Origin: Candidatus Binatus sp.
GTDB lineage: Bacteria > Desulfobacterota > Binatia > Binatales > Binataceae
Direction: 5' to 3'
Assembly (NCBI RefSeq): GCF_036522015.1
Contig: NZ_DATDGQ010000344.1
Span: 1 to 56,205, forward strand
Length of the DNA: 56,205 nucleotides
Part shown: piece after piece, positions 8,741 through 19,835 of the stretch
Layout of the letters: each line of letters starts with the position of its first letter
Position numbering within the stretch: position 1 is the first letter of the stretch
Notes under the pieces: generated by a model
Database searches by the model: none
Told to the model about the DNA's origin: nothing
The model's input: only the letters and a program-made list of their open reading frames with translations
Translations under genes and position numbers: made by a program

Positions 8741-9154
8741 CTACGCGAGATCGGCTTTGTGCCGGCTGAGCAGTACCGCCGTGCCCCAACTGAACGCGAG
8801 CGCACCAACGATATACACAATGCCGAAAATCATGTCGCCTCGTGAGGCTGGCGGCGGATTGCGCGCCGAGAAAAGCACCAAGTTGATCGTGACGTAGATC
8901 GCATATGCGTAGCCGAAGAACATCGCGTAGCGGCGCATCCGCCAAATGCCGGCGGCATAAGCCAGCAGAAAAATTCCCAGGATCGGGCCAAGAATCGCGT
9001 TCGGCGTGCCGCTCAGCCGTCTGCCAAAAAAGACCAGGCCCGTGGTCGGACCCTCCAGATGCAACGGCTTCAGAATGTCGGACAACGCCAGAATCGCGAA
9101 CAGGATCGCCAGAACCGTGAGCGCGAGACCGCGCCTGGAATTTGCCATCGCCAA
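8741..9154 (-). CDS. Hypothetical four-helix membrane protein
   Basis: 137 aa, four hydrophobic segments. No recognisable motif. Confidence 0.45.
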   Translation of the reverse strand: MAMANSRRGLALTVLAILFAILALSDILKPLHLEGPTTGLVFFGRRLSGTPNAILGPILGIFLLAYAAGIWRMRRYAMFFGYAYAIYVTINLVLFSARNPPPASRGDMIFGIVYIVGALAFSWGTAVLLSRHKADLA

Positions 9155-9262
9155 AGGCCTCAGCGTATCTCTAGTACTCCGAGGCAGTTGGCTTCAATCG
9201 TTATTTTTCGGGTTTAACAGGTAATATAATTCGACGACTTCAAGCAGCGGGGAGGCCCACCC

Positions 9263-10219
9263 ATGCCACATTGGTACGAAGACAATTCGCGTTCGATCGG
9301 ACACACGCCGCTGGTGCGGCTCAACCGCGTCACCGACGGCGCTCCGGCTACAGTTCTCGGCAAGATCGAAGGACGCAGCCCCGCGTATTCCGTCAAGGAC
9401 CGAATCGGCGCCGCGATGGTCTGGGACGCCGAGAAGCGCGGCCTGCTCGGTCCCGGCAAAGAGCTGGTCGAGCCGACCAGCGGCAACACCGGCATCGCGC
9501 TCGCTTTCGTCGCGGCGGCGCGCAAGATTCCGTTGACGCTGACGATGCCGGATACGATGAGCCTCGAGCGCCGCAAGCTGTTGCTGGCCTATGGCGCAAA
9601 GCTCGTGTTAACGGAGGGCGCGCGCGGCATGACCGGAGCGATTGCGAAAGCCGAGGAGATCGTGTCGTCGGCGCCCGATCGCTACGTCCTGCTGCAGCAG
9701 TTCAGCAATCCCGCCAATCCCGCCATTCACGAAGCGACAACCGGGCCGGAAATCTGGAACGACACCGAAGGGGCGATCGATATTTTCGTGTCGGGCGTCG
9801 GCACCGGCGGTACTCTCACGGGCGTTTCGCGCTACATTAAAAAAACCAAGGGCAAAGCGATCGTCACGGTCGCCGTCGAGCCGAGTGCCAGTCCGGTCAT
9901 CACGCAGCAACGCAGCGGACAGCCGCTCAAGCCGGGAGCGCACAAAATTCAGGGCATCGGCGCAGGGTTCATCCCTGGAAACCTCGACCTCTCGCTCATC
10001 GATGTAGTCGAGCAGGTCACTAACGAAGAGGCGATCGAGTACGCGCGTCGGTTGACGCGCGAGGAAGGAATCCTGTCGGGCATTTCGTGTGGAGCCGCCG
10101 CGGCGGTCGCCGCGCGCATCGCAAAGCGTCCGGAGAACAAAGGCAAGACCATCGTCGTCGTGCTGCCCGATTCCGGCGAACGATACTTGAGTACCGCGCT
10201 GTTCGAAGGCATTGCTTAG
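9263..10219 (+). CDS. cysK: Cysteine synthase A (O-acetylserine sulfhydrylase)
   Basis: [12 protein letters not shown]...[14 protein letters not shown] contains the PLP lysine. Also present are [22 protein letters not shown] and GISCGAA. 318 aa. Confidence 0.9.
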   Translation: MPHWYEDNSRSIGHTPLVRLNRVTDGAPATVLGKIEGRSPAYSVKDRIGAAMVWDAEKRGLLGPGKELVEPTSGNTGIALAFVAAARKIPLTLTMPDTMSLERRKLLLAYGAKLVLTEGARGMTGAIAKAEEIVSSAPDRYVLLQQFSNPANPAIHEATTGPEIWNDTEGAIDIFVSGVGTGGTLTGVSRYIKKTKGKAIVTVAVEPSASPVITQQRSGQPLKPGAHKIQGIGAGFIPGNLDLSLIDVVEQVTNEEAIEYARRLTREEGILSGISCGAAAAVAARIAKRPENKGKTIVVVLPDSGERYLSTALFEGIA

Positions 10220-10235
10220 ACGAGGCGCCTGCTGC

Positions 10236-12563
10236 GTGAGCGTGAAGCCAGAACAAATTCCTGACGCGGCGCCAACTCTAAACGGTTCGCATTGGGGCGC
10301 TTTTGAGCCGGTCGTCGTCGATGGACGCGTGACCGAAGCGCGGCCCTTCGCGAGAGATCCGGTTCCTTCGCCCTTGCTGCAGTCGATTCCCGACGCGTTG
10401 CATCATGCCAGCCGCGTCGCGCAGCCCGCAGTGCGCGCAGGCTGGCTCGAGAACGGGCCCGGCGGTGCTCGCGATCGTCGCGGCGCAGATCGTTACGTGC
10501 CCGTCAGCTGGGAGCGCGCGCTTGATTTGATCGCCGATGAAATCAAGCGCGTGATTCGCGAGCGTGGCAACCAGGCAATCTACGCCGGCTCTTACGGATG
10601 GGGCAGCGCCGGGCGCTTTCATCATGCGCGGACGCAGCTGCAGCGCTTCCTCGGCGGCGTCGGCGGATTCACCGGCGCGCGCGACACCTACAGCAACGCA
10701 GCGGGCGCAGTGCTGGTGAAGAACGTGCTCGGCAGCATGCGCGCGATGAACGGTCCCGGCACCAGCTGGAAGAGCATCGCCGATCATGCGGATCTGGTCG
10801 TGATGTTCGGTGGAATGCCGACGCGCAACACCCAGGTCACGCCGGGCGGGATGGGCGAGCATACGACGCGCGGCTGGCTCGAGCAGGTCAGGGCCGCAGG
10901 CGTCCAGTTCTGCAACATCAGTCCGATGCGCGATGACGCCGCGAGCTTCCTCGACGCCGAGTGGATCGCGCCGCGCCCGCATAGCGATACCGCGCTGATG
11001 CTCGCGCTGGCGCATACGCTGATTGTCGAAGGGCTGCACGACGCCGACTTCCTCGCGCGCTACTGCGCCGGATTCAATCGCTTCCGCGACTATCTGCTTG
11101 GTGCCGAAGACGGCGTCGCGAAGTCTGCCGGCTGGGCGGCGGGTTTGACTGAAATATCTGCCGACAGGATTCGCGAACTGGCGCGCAAGATGGCCGCGTC
11201 GCGAACTTTTATCAACGTCAACTGGTCTTTGCAGCGCGGCGATCATGGCGAGCAGCCGATATGGGCGGCGATCGCGCTCGCCGCGGTGCTCGGCCAGGTC
11301 GGTCTGCCGGGAGGAGGTTTCGGCTTCGGCTACGGCAGCATGGAGGGTCTCGCGAGCCTGCTGCCGGACATGCCGATCCCGACTCTGCCGCTCGGCCACA
11401 ATCCGATTCGCAGCTTCATCCCGGTGGCGAGGATCGCCGACCTTCTTCTCAACCCGCAACAGCCGTTCCAGTACAACGGGCAAGACCTCGTCTATCCCGA
11501 CATCGAGCTCGTGTATTGGTGCGGCGGCAACCCGTTTCACCATCATCAGGATCTCAACCGCCTGATTCGCGCGTGGCGACGGCCTGCGACGATCGTCGTG
11601 CACGATCCGTGGTGGACCGCGACTGCGCGTCATGCCGACATAGTGCTGCCGACGACCACGACGCTCGAGCGCGACGATATCGGCGCGAGCGCACGCGATC
11701 GTTTCATCATCGCGATGAAGCAGGCAGTCGCGCCGGTCGGCGAAGCGCGCGACGACTTTGCTATCTTCGGCGATCTCGCGGACCGCTTCGGCACTCGCGA
11801 GTCGTTCGCAGAAGGCCGCACTACTATTCAATGGCTGCGGCATATCTACGAGGCTGCGCGCGAACGCGCGAATCGCCACGTGGCGGAGTGGCCTGCCTTC
11901 GACGAGTTCTGGAAGCGCGGCTACCTCGAAATTCCCGAAGCGCCGACGGCGCACGTGATCTTCGAAGAGTTCAGGATGGATCCCGACAGCAATCCACTGC
12001 CGACTCCGTCGGGACGAATCGAAATCTTTTCGGAGAAGATCGCGAGCTATAACTATGCGGACTGTCCCGGACATCCCTCCTGGCTCGAGCCCGCGGAATG
12101 GCTGGGCAGCGCTGCCGCGCGTGAATACCCGCTGCATCTCCTGACCACGCAGCCGAGCACTCGTTTGCACGGCCAGATGGACATGGGGCGCGTCAGCCAG
12201 CAGAGTAAAGTCGCGGGGCGCGAACCGATCCGAATGAACCGCGGTGATGCGGGCGCGCGGGGAATTCGCGACGGCGATGTCGTCCGTGTTTTCAATCAGC
12301 GCGGCGCGATACTGGCCGGCGCGATGCTGACCGATGACATTCGCCCCGGCGTGATTCAAATCTCAACCGGCGCGTGGTACGACCCGCTCGAACCGGGCGT
12401 GATTGGCAGTCTCGACAAGCACGGCAACCCCAACGTGCTGACGCTCGACAAGGGAACGTCGCGCCTGGCGCAAGGCCCGAGCGCGCAGACCACGCTTGTC
12501 CAGGTCGAGAAATACGCTGGCGAGCCACCGCCCATCAGCGCCTTCAAACCGCCGCTCGCCTGA
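10236..12563 (+). CDS. Cytoplasmic molybdopterin oxidoreductase of the biotin-sulfoxide/TMAO reductase (BisC/TorZ) type
   Basis: SHWGAFEPVVVDGRV, VSWERALDLIADEIKRV, YAGSYGWGSAG and the C-terminal molybdopterin dinucleotide-binding region GDVVRVFNQRG. There is no Tat or signal peptide. A GTG start at 10236 is assumed; the tracked TTG 10212 overlaps the cysK stop. Confidence 0.8.
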   Translation: MSVKPEQIPDAAPTLNGSHWGAFEPVVVDGRVTEARPFARDPVPSPLLQSIPDALHHASRVAQPAVRAGWLENGPGGARDRRGADRYVPVSWERALDLIADEIKRVIRERGNQAIYAGSYGWGSAGRFHHARTQLQRFLGGVGGFTGARDTYSNAAGAVLVKNVLGSMRAMNGPGTSWKSIADHADLVVMFGGMPTRNTQVTPGGMGEHTTRGWLEQVRAAGVQFCNISPMRDDAASFLDAEWIAPRPHSDTALMLALAHTLIVEGLHDADFLARYCAGFNRFRDYLLGAEDGVAKSAGWAAGLTEISADRIRELARKMAASRTFINVNWSLQRGDHGEQPIWAAIALAAVLGQVGLPGGGFGFGYGSMEGLASLLPDMPIPTLPLGHNPIRSFIPVARIADLLLNPQQPFQYNGQDLVYPDIELVYWCGGNPFHHHQDLNRLIRAWRRPATIVVHDPWWTATARHADIVLPTTTTLERDDIGASARDRFIIAMKQAVAPVGEARDDFAIFGDLADRFGTRESFAEGRTTIQWLRHIYEAARERANRHVAEWPAFDEFWKRGYLEIPEAPTAHVIFEEFRMDPDSNPLPTPSGRIEIFSEKIASYNYADCPGHPSWLEPAEWLGSAAAREYPLHLLTTQPSTRLHGQMDMGRVSQQSKVAGREPIRMNRGDAGARGIRDGDVVRVFNQRGAILAGAMLTDDIRPGVIQISTGAWYDPLEPGVIGSLDKHGNPNVLTLDKGTSRLAQGPSAQTTLVQVEKYAGEPPPISAFKPPLA

Positions 12564-12636
12564 TCTCCGCGGTCGGTACGGGCCGGCGCAATCGGTCTCA
12601 AAATTAACCCGTGCGAATTTTCCTTCCATTTTAGCA

Positions 12637-12657
12637 ACACCATACCCTGTATGGTGT
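12637..12657. promoter_or_regulatory. Perfect inverted repeat ACACCATAC-CCT-GTATGGTGT, candidate operator
   Basis: 9-bp arms read directly. It lies in the AT-rich gap upstream of the RcnR-like gene and contains an ATACCC core. Confidence 0.45.
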
Positions 12658-12719
12658 CAGCGATCTGAGTGATTTACATCCTTACTCTGCTGGACATTCA
12701 CGACAGAACAGGTTATTAC

Positions 12720-12738
12720 TATACACCCTAGGGTATAT
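12720..12738. promoter_or_regulatory. CsoR/RcnR-type operator-like palindrome TATACACCCTAGGGTATAT
   Basis: ATAC-ACCCT/AGGG-TAT is a G/C core flanked by AT-rich inverted arms, 38 nt upstream of ATG 12776. Confidence 0.5.
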
Positions 12739-12775
12739 TTTCAGTATTTTCCTGGTTTGCAGAGGTGCTTGAGAT

Positions 12776-13051
12776 ATGGGGCATACCATTAAAGAGAAGA
12801 CCAAGCTGCTGAACCGAGTGCGGCGGGTTCTCGGGCAGGTGGAAGCACTCGAGCGCGCGGTCGAGGAGGAAAAGGGCTGCACCGAAGTCCTTCACCTCGT
12901 CGTCACGGCGCGCGGTGCAATGAACAGCCTCATGGCGGAGATCATCGAGGATCACATCCGCATGCACGTTGTTGATCCGGATCACGAACGCGGCTCGCGG
13001 GCCAGGGGCGCGGAAGAGTTGATCGAGATCGTTCAGGCATACCTGAAGTAG
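12776..13051 (+). CDS. CsoR/RcnR-family (DUF156) metal-sensing repressor with RcnR-type H3-C35-H60-H64 fingerprint
   Basis: 91 aa. LLNRVRRVLGQVEALERAV is the helix-1 signature. Counting residues gives His3 (MGH), Cys35 (KGCTEV), His60 and His64 (EDHIRMH). Confidence 0.85.
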   Translation: MGHTIKEKTKLLNRVRRVLGQVEALERAVEEEKGCTEVLHLVVTARGAMNSLMAEIIEDHIRMHVVDPDHERGSRARGAEELIEIVQAYLK

Positions 13052-13066
13052 AAGGGAGTCGGTTCA

Positions 13067-14968
<1,902 letters not shown>

Positions 14969-14998
14969 CGGATCGATCGCGTAATCCGGAGTTCAGCC

Positions 14999-15685
14999 AT
15001 GGTACATGAACACAAAAAATTCGATCTCGAACTTTCCGATCTGCGAACGAAGCTCGGTCAAATGGGAGAGCTGGTCGTCGCGCAGATCGAGGGAGTTCTC
15101 GCCTGCCTGAGCGAGCACGACGTTCGCGCCACCCGGATGATTATCGAGCAGGACAGCAACGTGAATCGAATGGACATCGATCTCGAAGAGATCTGTCTGC
15201 AGTTCCTGGCGCTGCATCAGCCGGTGGCCGGAGACCTGCGGCTGATAACTGCGACGATGAAGATTACGACCGAGCTGGAGCGAATCGGAGACCGAGTGGT
15301 CAACATCTGTGAGGCGGTTCACGATCGCGACGCGCGCGAGCCGGTAATCTCGCATGCTGAAGTCTCGCAAATGGGAACGCTCGCGCTCGCGATGGTCCGC
15401 GACAGCTTGATGGCCTTTGCTCGAGGGGACGGTTCGCTCGCGCGCCGAGTGTTTGAGAAGGACAAGGAGTTTGATGCGCTCTACGGCGAGGCGTTTGCGA
15501 AGCTCACCGCCGCGCTGGCAAAGGATCCCGAGCGAGTGGCGCACGACGTCAGGCTGGCGTTCCTGTCGAGGGACCTGAATGAAATTTCCGAACACGCAAC
15601 CAATATCGCCGAAGTCGTGATGTTCATGATCGACGGCAAGGAGATCACTCACATGGACATGCACGAGCGGCGAGCAGCGCGGTAA
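14999..15685 (+). CDS. phoU: Phosphate signalling complex protein PhoU
   Basis: Two PhoU repeats, with NVNRMDIDLEEICLQFLALHQPVAGDLRLI and the E/D-x-x-x-D pair ELERIGDRVVNI / EISEHATNIAE. 228 aa. Confidence 0.85.
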   Translation: MVHEHKKFDLELSDLRTKLGQMGELVVAQIEGVLACLSEHDVRATRMIIEQDSNVNRMDIDLEEICLQFLALHQPVAGDLRLITATMKITTELERIGDRVVNICEAVHDRDAREPVISHAEVSQMGTLALAMVRDSLMAFARGDGSLARRVFEKDKEFDALYGEAFAKLTAALAKDPERVAHDVRLAFLSRDLNEISEHATNIAEVVMFMIDGKEITHMDMHERRAAR

Positions 15686-15709
15686 GGATGGTGAATCGCT
15701 TGATTTAAT

Positions 15710-15797
15710 GCGGAACCCGCCATGGGTTCCGCACCTCCTTGGGCAGGGGTGACCCCTGCACCCAGTACTAATCGCAAAATGGCGAGGACGCCATTTT
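15710..15797. terminator. Three consecutive hairpins between convergent genes (bidirectional terminator region)
   Basis: GCGGAACCC-GCCAT-GGGTTCCGC (15710-15732). GCAGGGG-TGA-CCCCTGC (15743-15759). AAAATGGCG-AGGA-CGCCATTTT (15776-15797), which has A/T runs on both sides. Confidence 0.6.
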
Positions 15798-15830
15798 GCT
15801 CTCAGGTTCTTTTTGGGAGGTTTTCGCGAA

Positions 15831-16715
15831 TCAGTTTGCAGTCGCGTCCTTGTACTTGGGCGACGATGCCTTCATGAAGCGCAGCAGCATTCTCATCTCG
15901 GCGACGCGCTTACCGTCGGCTTCGTTCAGTGCGGTCTCGAACCACATGTACTCGGTCTTGGGACTCTGGCCGAGGGCGACGATGCTCCCGCTAACGCGAT
16001 ACGGATGTTCGACCATCACGGGTCCGTTGATATTGCGCAATTCGATCGCGCCGAACAATCCGACTGCCCGCCCGAGCTTGCTGCGCAGCGTCGCGATCGA
16101 TTGCGAATAGAGTAGCTGGACCATCGTGGCTGGAGTCGCGATCGAAGCGCCCCACGGCGAAGGCTTCGTGTACCATTCCAGCGGTTCGGTGATGACCTTC
16201 ATTCGATCGGCCATCGCACCTTTCGACAGAAACGCATCGCATTCTTCGAACTGGTCGCCGACCTTGAGCCCGCCGAGAATTCGCAAGTCGCCGGGGTCGA
16301 AGCGATCGAGCGGACGGCGGAGCAACGCGGTTGGTTCCTCGGGACTTCCGATCGACGCGGTGCCTTCGGCCACGCGCATGCCGTCGTCGCGCTCGATCCA
16401 GATATCGACCTGCGCGTCAGTAGCGCCGGCGGGCGGCTCTTTGGCGAACGCGCGCACCGCTTCACGGTCGGTAGTCGCGTTGAGGAAGTACATCGAGATC
16501 GTTCCGCGCTCGAACCATCGCTGGCCGAACGCTTTCAAGAGGATTGGCGGGAACAGTTCGAGGTGAATCGAGCCGGCGACGGTGCCGCCGCGAAACCCGA
16601 GCTTGGTGGCGGTCGCGTCATCATGGATGCTGCCGGCGACTTTGCTGGCGTTGTTGACGGAGCGCCGCAGCGGGCCGGCGAACACATGATCGCGCAATTC
16701 GATTTCCGAATTCAT
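15831..16715 (-). CDS. MaoC-like (double hot-dog) dehydratase family protein
   Basis: GSIHDDATATKLGFRGGTVAGSIH resembles the MaoC hydratase motif (H-x-D-x(5)-A-x-x-x-GF...V-x-G). 294 aa is consistent with two hot-dog folds. Confidence 0.5.
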   Translation of the reverse strand: MNSEIELRDHVFAGPLRRSVNNASKVAGSIHDDATATKLGFRGGTVAGSIHLELFPPILLKAFGQRWFERGTISMYFLNATTDREAVRAFAKEPPAGATDAQVDIWIERDDGMRVAEGTASIGSPEEPTALLRRPLDRFDPGDLRILGGLKVGDQFEECDAFLSKGAMADRMKVITEPLEWYTKPSPWGASIATPATMVQLLYSQSIATLRSKLGRAVGLFGAIELRNINGPVMVEHPYRVSGSIVALGQSPKTEYMWFETALNEADGKRVAEMRMLLRFMKASSPKYKDATAN

Positions 16716-16818
16716 AAGAGAGTCCTCGGACCGGATTCAAGCACGGTGTCACGGTGTTCGGCAAACTTCGCGACCGGGAAACCTTTGCGTAACTCGGCGG
16801 ACAGAATCAGAGCGGAAG

Positions 16819-16895
16819 CAGAATCTTGAATCGCGCGCGAAAAGAGCGCGCTGTAATCGGACCCTCACCTTCATCCTCGCCCTAACAGGGCGAGG
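16819..16895. repeat. Interspersed ~80-bp double-hairpin repeat, copy B
   Basis: CAGAATCTTGAATCGCGCGCGAAAAGAGCGCGCTGTAATCGGACCCTCACCTTCATCCTCGCCCTAACAGGGCGAGG. It has the same order and hairpins as 335-414, and the second stem carries compensatory changes. Confidence 0.7.
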
Positions 16896-16946
16896 AGACA
16901 GAAAGGACGTTTCCCGATCCGTTCGGGCGGGTGCTAATTTCGACGC

Positions 16947-18359
16947 GTGGCAACTTCTTCAGCGAGCGAGGCGATGCGGTGGACAAACAATCTGCTTGCT
17001 TCGCTTGGACGCGCGGCCAATTCACATGAACACGCGCTGAAAATTACAGGAAGCGATCCCGTAATCGCCACCCGATTTCGCGCGGGCGAGGCTGCCGCCG
17101 CCGTGCTGGCAGCGAATGCAACTGCGGCCGCAGACCTGTGGTGCGCGCGCGGCGGCCGTCCGCAGCGGATCGAGGTGGAGGTGCGCGCCGCAGCAGCGTC
17201 GCTCGTATCGTTCGCATACCTGAGATATCAAGGGGCTTCGTTGGATCGGCGCGGGCAGGCTACGACTGCGCTGTACCGGGCGCGCGACGGACGATGGATT
17301 CATCTGCACGGCGGATTTAGTTCGCGCGAAGGCACCCTCGCGCTTTTGAACTGCGACGACAACGCGGGCGCGATCGCGAATGCCGTCGCGGCGTGGGACG
17401 CGCAAGCACTTGAAGATGCGCTCGCGGCGCGCGGCGTGTGCGGTGCGAAACTTCGCAGCGCCGACGAATGGCGGGTTCATCCGCAGGGGATCGCGCTCGC
17501 GCGAGTTCCGGTGGTTGAGATACTTCGCCTCGGCGACGCAGACCGCGAGCCGATTCCCGGACCGCGCGCCGATGAGCGCGATGCTCGGCCGCTTTCAGGC
17601 GTGCGAGTACTCGATCTCACGCGGGTGCTCGCGGGACCGACCTGCGCGCGAACTTTGGCCGAGCATGGCGCTGAAGTGCTGCACGTGCGAAGTCCCAAAC
17701 TGCCGTCGATCGAGCCTTTTGTCATCGACACCAATCCGGGCAAGCGTTCCTGCTTCCTCGACCTCGATCGCAAGGAGGACGCGAGGCAATTGCGCGCACT
17801 GGTGCGCGAGGCGCACGTGTTCTCGCAAGGATACCGGCCCGGTGCTCTCGCGCGGCGCGGTTTCGCTCCGGAGGAATTGGCGCAGACGCGGCCGGGCATC
17901 ATCGTCGTGTCGATAGACTGCTACGGACATGAAGGTCCTTTTGCGGAACGACCCGGGTGGGAACAACTCGCGCAAACTGTTACCGGCATGGCGCTCGAGC
18001 ATGCCGGCGATGAGCATCCCGCGCTGGTGCCTGCCGCGATCAACGACTACACGACCGGCTATCTCGGCGCGCTCGGCGTGATGCGTGCGCTCGCGCGCCG
18101 CACAACCGAGGGCGGCAGTTGGCACGTTCGCGTATCGCTCGCGCGAACAGCGATGTGGATCATGTCGTTGCCGCGCACGGCGCCGGACGCGAAGCCCGGT
18201 GGATTTGACGCCGCGTCAATCGCTCCATGGATCATCGAGATGGATACCGCGTGGGGACCGCTCTCGCGCCTCGGGCCAATCGCCCGCATGTCGGAATCGC
18301 CGCTGCGATGGGATCTGCCGCCCGCGCCGCTCGGCAGCGATCCCGCGGCGTGGAGCTAG
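16947..18359 (+). CDS. Family III CoA-transferase (CaiB/BaiF type)
   Basis: LSGVRVLDLTRVLAGPTCARTLAEHGAEVLHV is the hallmark glycine-rich N-domain motif, here preceded by about 210 extra residues. GTG start. Confidence 0.75.
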   Translation: MATSSASEAMRWTNNLLASLGRAANSHEHALKITGSDPVIATRFRAGEAAAAVLAANATAAADLWCARGGRPQRIEVEVRAAAASLVSFAYLRYQGASLDRRGQATTALYRARDGRWIHLHGGFSSREGTLALLNCDDNAGAIANAVAAWDAQALEDALAARGVCGAKLRSADEWRVHPQGIALARVPVVEILRLGDADREPIPGPRADERDARPLSGVRVLDLTRVLAGPTCARTLAEHGAEVLHVRSPKLPSIEPFVIDTNPGKRSCFLDLDRKEDARQLRALVREAHVFSQGYRPGALARRGFAPEELAQTRPGIIVVSIDCYGHEGPFAERPGWEQLAQTVTGMALEHAGDEHPALVPAAINDYTTGYLGALGVMRALARRTTEGGSWHVRVSLARTAMWIMSLPRTAPDAKPGGFDAASIAPWIIEMDTAWGPLSRLGPIARMSESPLRWDLPPAPLGSDPAAWS

Positions 18360-19801
18360 GGTCGCGACTCCTCGCGCCGAGTCGTTAAAAGGAGCCTCTG
18401 CCATCTGAGTCGAGCCGATCTCAATCTGGCGATTGAAGCTAGCGGACAGCGATCAAGCCGGGCGGGCTCCGGACGCTTTCCGCGCGCCAGTAACGATAGC
18501 GACACCGCGCCGCGGAGCGTTCCGGTTTCATCGGGAGAACGAAACACCGGCTGTGGTTCGCGAAGCGCCGCGAGGGCGGCCACGAACGCGTCGTTGGATG
18601 CGAGGCGACCCTCGAGGATGATATCGCCGCGTGCCTCGAGCATCGTCAGGCAATAGTCCGTCATCAGTGCACAATACATCGCCGCGAGGGTCGCTCGATT
18701 GCGTGGTGCGTCGGGAGCGTCGCCGACGATGCGACCAACTTGCGCGCGAAACGGCCCACCCTGATCCGCAAACGAAGGAATCGCCAATGCGTCTGATGCG
18801 AGAATGGTTTCCAGGTCACTGACTGACGGTTGCATCACGCCCGCGTCGTCACCGCAAATCGCGGCGTACTCGCGCCCGCCCATGAAACGCGCGGTAGGGA
18901 CAGGACTGCCGAACGCATCGACATTCGCGAGCATGTCCAGTTCCTCGCGCAGAATCTCAAGCGGACTGCCGTGCGCCATCATTACGATCCAGGTGCCAGT
19001 GGAAACCACGCAGAAAGGATCGTCACGAGTCGCGCGATGGGCAAGATACGACGCGTTGCTATCATGGATTCCAGCAAGGACTTTGCACTCATTGGAAAGA
19101 CCAGTGCGCTCGGCGACCTCCGGCAAGGGAGCACCGAGCGGAGTCCATGCGCTGACACGACGGCCAAATCGCGAGTCCCACCCCATCGTCTTCGCGAACG
19201 ACGAGAAGTCACCGCGTTGCGGTTCCCAAAGATCGGTGTGGCAACCTAACGAGGTTGGCTCCCACGCGCGGACACCACACATGCGCGCGGCCCAGTATTG
19301 CGGATACGGAGTAATTGTCGCGCGGCTGAATTCCCGCAGAAATTGCTGCTGCTGCCAGAATAGCTGCCGACCAAGATTCAGACCCGCCGGAAGTTTTGGC
19401 GATGCGGTGCGCGCAAAGTCGCGGGCGATCGCATCGTAGTCGGAATCGACGCCGTTCACTCCGCGAAATTCGTAGTCCATGATCGGCAGCGCCAATCCAT
19501 CGTCGTCGGCCAGCGCCGCGCACGCACCGTGAGTGACGGGCACGATTGAATGAACGTCGAAGTCACGCGCGAGCGTCGCCAGTCCGCCGATCAGCCATTC
19601 ATACAACTCGTCCGCGTCGAAGTGCGGATATGGCGGCGAACTATCGACGCGGTTCTGACGTTCGAGGGTAGTCATCGCGACGCCGGCATCGTTGACCACC
19701 GACAGCCGCACGTTGCTTTTGCCGACGTCGAAGACGGCGACGGCTGCGGGGCGCGACGTATCCACCTGAGCACCTCTACTCAATCGGCCGGCTTCGCTCA
19801 A
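18356..19801 (-). CDS. FGGY-like carbohydrate kinase, probable rhamnulokinase (RhaK-like); start uncertain (TTG 19801 or GTG 19765)
   Basis: N-terminal phosphate-1 motif AVFDVGKSNVRLSVV. Divergent from the rhamnulose-1-P aldolase/SDR and isomerase genes. Its stop overlaps the convergent CoA-transferase stop in a shared CTAG (18356-18359). Confidence 0.6.
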   Translation of the reverse strand: MSEAGRLSRGAQVDTSRPAAVAVFDVGKSNVRLSVVNDAGVAMTTLERQNRVDSSPPYPHFDADELYEWLIGGLATLARDFDVHSIVPVTHGACAALADDDGLALPIMDYEFRGVNGVDSDYDAIARDFARTASPKLPAGLNLGRQLFWQQQQFLREFSRATITPYPQYWAARMCGVRAWEPTSLGCHTDLWEPQRGDFSSFAKTMGWDSRFGRRVSAWTPLGAPLPEVAERTGLSNECKVLAGIHDSNASYLAHRATRDDPFCVVSTGTWIVMMAHGSPLEILREELDMLANVDAFGSPVPTARFMGGREYAAICGDDAGVMQPSVSDLETILASDALAIPSFADQGGPFRAQVGRIVGDAPDAPRNRATLAAMYCALMTDYCLTMLEARGDIILEGRLASNDAFVAALAALREPQPVFRSPDETGTLRGAVSLSLLARGKRPEPARLDRCPLASIARLRSARLRWQRLLLTTRREESRP

Positions 19802-19835
19802 TTGAATTACCGCGCCGTCGTGTTACGATCCCGGC

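Noticed and set aside
10278-12359. 693-aa ORF antisense to the molybdoenzyme gene. Similar long antisense or out-of-frame ORFs occur at 885-1730, 4639-5589, 13159-14190, 20859-21815, 22304-23053, 38733-39701, 42141-43169 and 43154-44269.
   Set aside because: They are Arg/Ala/Pro/Gly-rich, low-complexity translations with no motifs. They are typical stop-poor shadow frames of high-GC coding DNA. The opposite-strand or other-frame genes carry clear family signatures.
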